64,000 nucleotides of DNA from the NCBI GenBank assembly GCA_963725555.1, contig CAVRYV010000012.1, forward strand, positions 197,962-261,961, given 5' to 3'. The stretch is from an uncultured Pseudomonadota bacterium. GTDB taxonomy: Bacteria; Pseudomonadota; Alphaproteobacteria; Rhizobiales; Xanthobacteraceae. The translations under genes were made by a program, and so were the position numbers. The notes below the pieces were generated by a model. It saw only the letters and a list, made by a program, of their open reading frames with translations. It searched no databases and was not told where the DNA came from. Positions 58,865 to 64,000 of the stretch are shown here, one piece after another. Within the stretch, counting starts at the first letter, position 1. Every line of letters starts with the position of its first letter.

Positions 58865-58886
58865 GCGGGCCTCAGGCCCGCTTTTT
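58865..58886 (+). terminator. Rho-independent terminator (preceded by a 13-bp hairpin at 58770-58798)
   Basis: gcgggcc-tca-ggcccgc-ttttt. Confidence 0.75.
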
Positions 58887-58971
58887 GATTCCGGCACGGT
58901 CAGCGCGGATGATCCATTTCGCCGCGATGCTGTATGATCTGTTCTTCTTCCCGAAATGGAGCCGATACCCG

Positions 58972-59814
58972 ATGACCGTAATTGCTGGAGCCGCCGCAGC
59001 CGTAACCGGAGCGGCCAGTGGCATCGGCCGGGCGCTGGCGCTCGAGCTTGCCGCGCGCGGCTGCGACCTGGCGCTGGCGGATCGCGACGACGCGGGGCTG
59101 GCGGCGCTGGCCACCGAGATCAGCCGTAACTCTTCGCAAAAGGTCACGATTTATCGGGTCGACGTCGGCGAACCCAAACAGATCGAAGACTTCGCGCAAG
59201 CCGTGATCGCAGGCCATCCCGGGCTCAACATCGTCGTCAACAATGCCGGCGTTGCGCTGATGGGCACGTTCGATGAAATCGACCAGGCCCAGATGGACTG
59301 GCTCATGAACATCAATTTTTGGGGTGTGGTGCACGGGACGCGTGCGTTCCTGCCGCATCTCGCCACCCGGCGCGAGGCCCACATCGTCAACGTCTCGAGC
59401 ATCTTCGGCATCGTCGCGCCGCCGGGGCAAACGGCCTATGCCGCGGCGAAATTCGCGGTACGCGGCTTCTCGGAAGCCTTGCGGCACGAGCTGCAGATGG
59501 CGGGCAGCCCGGTTCGGCTCTCCGTGGTGCATCCCGGCGGGATCGCCACCAACATCGCGCGCAATTCCCGCACCGGCACCGGGATGACCGACAACGCGCG
59601 CCGCGCCCAATCGATCGAACGTTTCGACACGGTGGCCAAGACCACACCAAAGGACGCCGCGTTGCGCATCATCCGCGGCATCGAGAAAAACCAGCCGCGC
59701 ATCCTGATTGGCGGCGACGCCCGCATGATGGATCTGCTGCAGCGTTTTCGGCCCGCAACCTATTGGTCGGTGCTGGCGCGCCGGATCGAGAAGATGACGA
59801 AGGCGGGGAAGTAG
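58972..59814 (+). CDS. SDR family oxidoreductase
   Basis: TGAASGIG, NNAG, YAAAKF. Confidence 0.9.
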   Translation: MTVIAGAAAAVTGAASGIGRALALELAARGCDLALADRDDAGLAALATEISRNSSQKVTIYRVDVGEPKQIEDFAQAVIAGHPGLNIVVNNAGVALMGTFDEIDQAQMDWLMNINFWGVVHGTRAFLPHLATRREAHIVNVSSIFGIVAPPGQTAYAAAKFAVRGFSEALRHELQMAGSPVRLSVVHPGGIATNIARNSRTGTGMTDNARRAQSIERFDTVAKTTPKDAALRIIRGIEKNQPRILIGGDARMMDLLQRFRPATYWSVLARRIEKMTKAGK

Positions 59815-59949
59815 GCGAATAATTAGCCGCCACTTCCCGACATCGAGGCCGCGTTGCCTCCCCGCTCCAGGAAGCGGGGTAGCCGCAGCGGCGGCGCTAT
59901 GTGGCTGCCCCCTCTCCAACTTCCCGATTCGCAAGTCGGGCCTGCGCGG

Positions 59950-60511
59950 TGCTGGCGATCGTGGCAGGCCAGCCTGGATCCGCAACGCCTGGTCTTCATC
60001 GACGAGACCTGGATCAAGACCAATATGGCACCGTTGCGGGGATGGGCGCCAAAAGGCGAGCGTCTGCGCGGCTTGGCGCTGCACGGCCGCTGGCGCACGA
60101 TGACGTTCCTCGGCGCGCTGCGATGCGACAACTTCACGGCACCTTGCGTGTTCGACGGACCGATCAATGGCGAGTGCTTCCGCGCCTATGTTGCGCAAGT
60201 GCTTTTGCCATCGCTGAAGCCGGGAGACATCGTCATCATGGACAATCTCGGCAGTCATAAGTCCGCCGAGGTGCGGCGCATGATCAAGACCGTCGGCGCA
60301 AGGCTCTGGTATCTGCCGCCTTACTCACCCGACCTCAATCCGATCGAGCAGGCCTTCGCCAAAATCAAACACTGGATGCGAGCAGCCCAAAAACGCACCG
60401 TCGAAGACCTCTGGCGCCACATCGGAAGCCTTATTAGCACAATCGAAGCCCATGAATGCAGCAACGACTTCGCAAAGAGGATACGCTTCAATCAAACCGT
60501 GAAACGCTCTA
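59950..60511 (+). mobile_element. Truncated IS630-family element (DDE half plus right end)
   Basis: [28 protein letters not shown]; HTH half absent; frameshift near 60475 before GYASIKP*; end GAAACGCTC-TA; left limit approximate. Confidence 0.88.
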
Positions 60512-60991
60512 GCCGGCGCCGCTCTCTACTTCCACGGGCGTGTCCGCTTCTCCGCCAACCACATTGCCGAAAGATGCAAAGAATTCGCCGGCGAGTTTCC
60601 TGGCCGTGGAATTTATCAACCGCTGCCCAAGCTGCGCCAGCTTGCCGCCGATCTGTGCGTCGACTTCGTAACGCAGGATCGTGACATCAGGGCTTTCCGA
60701 TTCCAAACGAACGGCGGCGCCACCTTTCGCAAATCCTGCGACGCCGCCGGACCCCTCGCCTGAGATGCGATAGCTGTTCGGTGGATCGAGATCCGACAGC
60801 GTGACCTTTCCGCTGAATGTTGCCTTCACTGGCCCGACCCGGAACACCACCGTCGCGGTCATCTCGGTCGGTGAGGACATCTCGAGATTCTGACATCCGG
60901 GGATGCATTGCTTCAGCACCTGCGGATCGTTGAGCGCGGCCCACACCTTGTCTTTGGGCGCGGGAATGCGCTGGCTGTCGTTCATCTGCAT
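60509..60991 (-). CDS. coxG: CO dehydrogenase accessory protein CoxG (SRPBCC)
   Basis: [37 protein letters not shown]. Confidence 0.88.
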   Translation of the reverse strand: MQMNDSQRIPAPKDKVWAALNDPQVLKQCIPGCQNLEMSSPTEMTATVVFRVGPVKATFSGKVTLSDLDPPNSYRISGEGSGGVAGFAKGGAAVRLESESPDVTILRYEVDAQIGGKLAQLGQRLINSTARKLAGEFFASFGNVVGGEADTPVEVESGAG

Positions 60992-61002
60992 GATTGAATT
61001 CC

Positions 61003-61866
61003 TTAAGGGGTTTGCGACGTAAGTGGGATGCGCTGCCCTCGCCGGCGCAGGGTGGTGATCTCCGCCAATATCGACATCGCGATTTCTTCGGGCGTGATAG
61101 CGCCGAGGTCGAGACCTGCCGGCGCCTTGATGTGATCGAGTGCCGAGGCGACGATGCCTTCGCCGATTAGCTTGTCGCGAAGTGCCGTCATCTTGCGGCG
61201 GCTGCCGACGAAGGCGTGATAGGCCGCATCGACCGAAACCGCGGCCCGCAGCGCCGCCTCATCGCCCTTGCCTTGCGTCGAGACCACGACGAAACGCCGC
61301 GCCTCGTGCAGCCGGCCGAGCGCAAAGCCGTCGATCAGCACATCCGCGTCGGGCATTTCCGACCGGTCAGCGGCGGGTGCTGCCACCGTGACGTGATAGC
61401 CAAGCTGCCGGGCCTGGCCGGCGAGCGACAGCGCCACCGGACTGACGCCGAGAATAACCAGCGAGGGATGCGGCAATACCGGTTCGACGAAGATATCCAT
61501 GGTGCCCTTGCTCGGGCACATGTTCTGCGCAAAGCGAACGCCGTCACGGTTCTCGCCGGGCTTGACGCCGAGTTCGGAGAGCAAATTTTCCGGCTGCACC
61601 GAAACCATGCGCGGCTCACCGTCGGCGAGTGCCTCGCGCGCGGCCTTCAGCACGGCGCCGCGGGCGCAGCCGCCACCGATCCACCCTGCCACGATAGTCC
61701 CGTCGGGACGGATAACGGCCTTAGCGCCGGCCTTGGCTGCGGTCACCGACACCGTGCGCACCACGGTGGCCAGAACAAAGGCCTGCTCGGCGGCCTTCAG
61801 TTGAGCCACTAGCTCCATCACTTCGACATGCCTGGTCATCGACGTCTCCTTGGGCGCCTCGCTCAC
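61003..61866 (-). CDS. coxF: XdhC/CoxF family Mo-cofactor chaperone
   Basis: GWIGGGCARG, NMCPSKG, GLDLGAITPEEIA. Confidence 0.88.
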   Translation of the reverse strand: MSEAPKETSMTRHVEVMELVAQLKAAEQAFVLATVVRTVSVTAAKAGAKAVIRPDGTIVAGWIGGGCARGAVLKAAREALADGEPRMVSVQPENLLSELGVKPGENRDGVRFAQNMCPSKGTMDIFVEPVLPHPSLVILGVSPVALSLAGQARQLGYHVTVAAPAADRSEMPDADVLIDGFALGRLHEARRFVVVSTQGKGDEAALRAAVSVDAAYHAFVGSRRKMTALRDKLIGEGIVASALDHIKAPAGLDLGAITPEEIAMSILAEITTLRRRGQRIPLTSQTP

Positions 61867-63071
61867 AGCTTAGCCAGATAGGGCTCAAGCTCGGCCAGGC
61901 TTTGGAGCGTATTGGCGGGCGCGTAGAGATCGACATGCGGCAACGCGGCCTTGATGCCCGCGGCCTCCGGCGCATACCCCTTCCACGCCATCATCGGGTT
62001 GAGCCAGACGATGCGGCGGCAGCGCCTGGCCAGCGCCGCCATTTCGCGGCCAAGCAGCGCCGCATCGCCGGTCTCGTAACCGTCGGACACGATCATCACG
62101 CAACTGCGCGAATGAATCACCCGTGCAGCGTGCCAGCGGTTGAAGGTCTGCAGGCTTTCACCGATGCGGGTACCGCCGCCGGCGCCTTGCGCCATGATCG
62201 ACAGGCGATCGAGCGCGCGCGCCGGATCTTTTTCCTTCATCGCGTCGGACACGTAGGCAAGACGGGTGTGAAACAGGAACGCCTCGGCCTGTCGAAACTC
62301 ATCCAGCACGCCATGGATGAAGCGCAGGAACACGCCAGTGTACATGCTCATGGAGCCCGAGGCGTCGAGCAGCATGATCAGCCGTAACGGCTTCTCCTTG
62401 CGCCGGCGCTTGACAAGGGTGATCGGCACGCCGCCATGGCTGATGTTGCTGTGGATTGTCCTTCGCAGGTCGAGCCGGTAACCGCGTCGCCGCGCCAGAT
62501 CACGGCGGGTCAGCCTGGTACGCATGATCTTCGCCAGCCGCGCCGCGGCGATGTGGGCTTGTTCGATCTGGTCGGGGTCGGCCAGCTTACGGAAATCGAC
62601 ATCGGCCAGATTGTCAGCGCGCGACGCGCCTTCCATGCGCCCCTCGCCGGTGTGATCCCCAGCCGCCTCGTCGACCGACGGAACCTGGTCCGTCGCCGTT
62701 TCGCTTCCTGCGCGTTCGGATTGAGGATCCCGCAGATTCTTCAGCGATGGGTTATTGATCGGTTTCGCCGACCCCTTGGTGATCGATCGCGATTTAACGC
62801 GGCGGCCGAGCCAGAATGCGTCGAACAGCCCGTCAAAGCGGTCCCAGTCGGATTTCCGTGCCGAGAACAGATGCTTGAACGCGACGCGTAACAGGCCGGG
62901 CTTTTCGGCATAGCCGGCCGCCATCAGGGCGGCGGCGTCGCGACCTTCATGCAGGCCGACCACGAAGGCATTGTCGCGCAGCGTCTTGAGGAAGGCAGCG
63001 AGTTTTCCCGAGACAAGGCGCGAGACCTCATCGATCTCCTCAAAGTCCGGACTGGCGCCGCAGCAGCTCAT
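61863..63071 (-). CDS. coxE: vWA domain protein CoxE
   Basis: LLDASGSM MIDAS, GGGTRIG, VSDG, WLNP. Confidence 0.88.
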   Translation of the reverse strand: MSCCGASPDFEEIDEVSRLVSGKLAAFLKTLRDNAFVVGLHEGRDAAALMAAGYAEKPGLLRVAFKHLFSARKSDWDRFDGLFDAFWLGRRVKSRSITKGSAKPINNPSLKNLRDPQSERAGSETATDQVPSVDEAAGDHTGEGRMEGASRADNLADVDFRKLADPDQIEQAHIAAARLAKIMRTRLTRRDLARRRGYRLDLRRTIHSNISHGGVPITLVKRRRKEKPLRLIMLLDASGSMSMYTGVFLRFIHGVLDEFRQAEAFLFHTRLAYVSDAMKEKDPARALDRLSIMAQGAGGGTRIGESLQTFNRWHAARVIHSRSCVMIVSDGYETGDAALLGREMAALARRCRRIVWLNPMMAWKGYAPEAAGIKAALPHVDLYAPANTLQSLAELEPYLAKL

Positions 63072-63939
63072 GCCACCTTCCCCAGCAATCGTTCGGTCAC
63101 CTCGCGCGTGACGCGCGACTTGTCCTCATGCGTCTTGAGCAGGCACATCAGGGTCTCGTGAACGATCTCAGGGGACTCGTGCAGATCGCGCACATTAAGC
63201 CCGACCAACGCCGCCGCCCAATCCAGCGTCTCGGCGACGCCAGGGACCTTGCGAAGTTCTTCCTTCCGGATGCTTTCGACCAGCCGCGCGATCTGCAGCG
63301 ACAGCGACGCGCCAGTACCTGCAATCCGCGCCATGATGATGCGCGCCTCGCGATCGACATCGGGATAATCGACGTAATGATAGAGACAGCGGCGGCGCAG
63401 CGCGTCAGACAGCTCGCGCGTGCCGTTCGATGTCAGGATCACATGCGGGATCGTGGTGGCGGAAATCGTGCCCCATTCGGGGATCGAAACCTGAAAGTCG
63501 GACAGCAGTTCGAGCAGGAACGCCTCAAACTCATCGTCGGCGCGATCAATCTCGTCGATCAGCAGCACCGGCGACTTGTCGCGGCGGATGGCTGATAGCA
63601 ACGGCCGTTCCAACAGGTATTTTTCCGAGAAGATTTGATCCTCGATGCTATCGTCCTTATCGCCACGATGGGCCTGGATCGCCAGCAATTGTCGTTGGTA
63701 GTTCCATTCATAGAGAGCCGCCGATTGATCGAGGCCCTCGTAGCATTGCAACCGTATCAGTTCGGTCGCGTGCACGGCGGCGAGCGCCTTTGCGACCTCG
63801 GTCTTGCCGACGCCCGCCTCGCCTTCGAGCAGCAGCGGGCGCTTGAGCAATTCCATCAGCGAGATCGCAGTCGCAAGCTCGCCATCGGCGATGTAGCCGC
63901 TGGATGCAGCGCTTGCGCGATCTCTTCACGATTTTGCAT
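63068..63939 (-). pseudogene. coxD: MoxR-type AAA+ ATPase CoxD with a -1 frameshift near 63907
   Basis: GEAGVGKT, LLIDEIDR, ALRRRC; ATG 63939 gives MQNREEIAQAL, which joins (A)SSGYIADGELATAISLMELLKRP only if one base is added. Confidence 0.85.
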
Positions 63940-63941
63940 CG

Positions 63942-64000
63942 TTACGCGAACACTCCCAGATTCTTGGCCGCCCGCCAGTTGCGCCAGTAGTCGTGCGGCA
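63942..64000 (-). CDS. coxL: 3' end of aerobic CO dehydrogenase large subunit (partial)
   Basis: PHDYWRNWRAAKNLGVFA* directly upstream of coxD; fragment only. Confidence 0.6.
   Translation of the reverse strand, partial: PHDYWRNWRAAKNLGVFA

Noticed and set aside
59854-59950. N-terminal part of ORF 59854..60684 as transposase
   Set aside because: No HTH similarity; it is read-through into non-IS sequence, and the C-terminal extension overlaps coxG antisense
1-64000. CRISPR array or cas genes; rRNA; prophage genes
   Set aside because: No regularly spaced direct repeats; the palindromes are dispersed and irregular; no such genes recognised

Overview
GC-rich alphaproteobacterial chromosome segment. 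Gene content (cysQ, eipA-like DUF1134, short-type putA, rpoH, rluD, cox genes) and the dispersed palindromic repeats point to Bradyrhizobium or a close Nitrobacteraceae relative; this is an inference. Most of the window is ordinary housekeeping and lipid/acyl-CoA metabolism: ivd, two tandem CYP153-like P450s, a PaaI/ACAD/CoA-transferase/hydratase operon, mdlC, ycjX-ycjF plus a CyaC-like cyclase, cspA, putA, LemA/TPM, two more ACADs, an orphan molybdoenzyme large subunit, tRNA-Glu, rluD and rpoH. The window ends in a coxL(3' end)-coxD-E-F-G CO-dehydrogenase cluster abutting a truncated IS630. The main accessory segment follows tRNA-Val(CAC) (about 4.8-10.4 kb). It carries an XRE-ImmA/IrrE peptidase + DUF4411 (PIN-like) pair, an orphan brnA antitoxin with a brnT tail and a second decayed brnA copy, a frameshifted double-glycine-leader peptide gene behind a perfect CRP-type box, a His-rich micro-ORF, a Tat-exported DsrE-like CxxC protein and a PD-(D/E)XK-like protein. 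Other notable items are a di-heme peroxidase/cupredoxin/MCP operon, a 520-aa secreted CxxCH protein, a cNMP-binding domain + MBL hydrolase pair, a 22-aa (AKK)n micro-protein, a long structured intergenic element and an IS630-like MITE. Several genes carry single-base lesions (frameshifts near 5423, 37575 and 63907; nonsense at 23400), so assembly error must be excluded. All family assignments come from motif recognition, not database searches.
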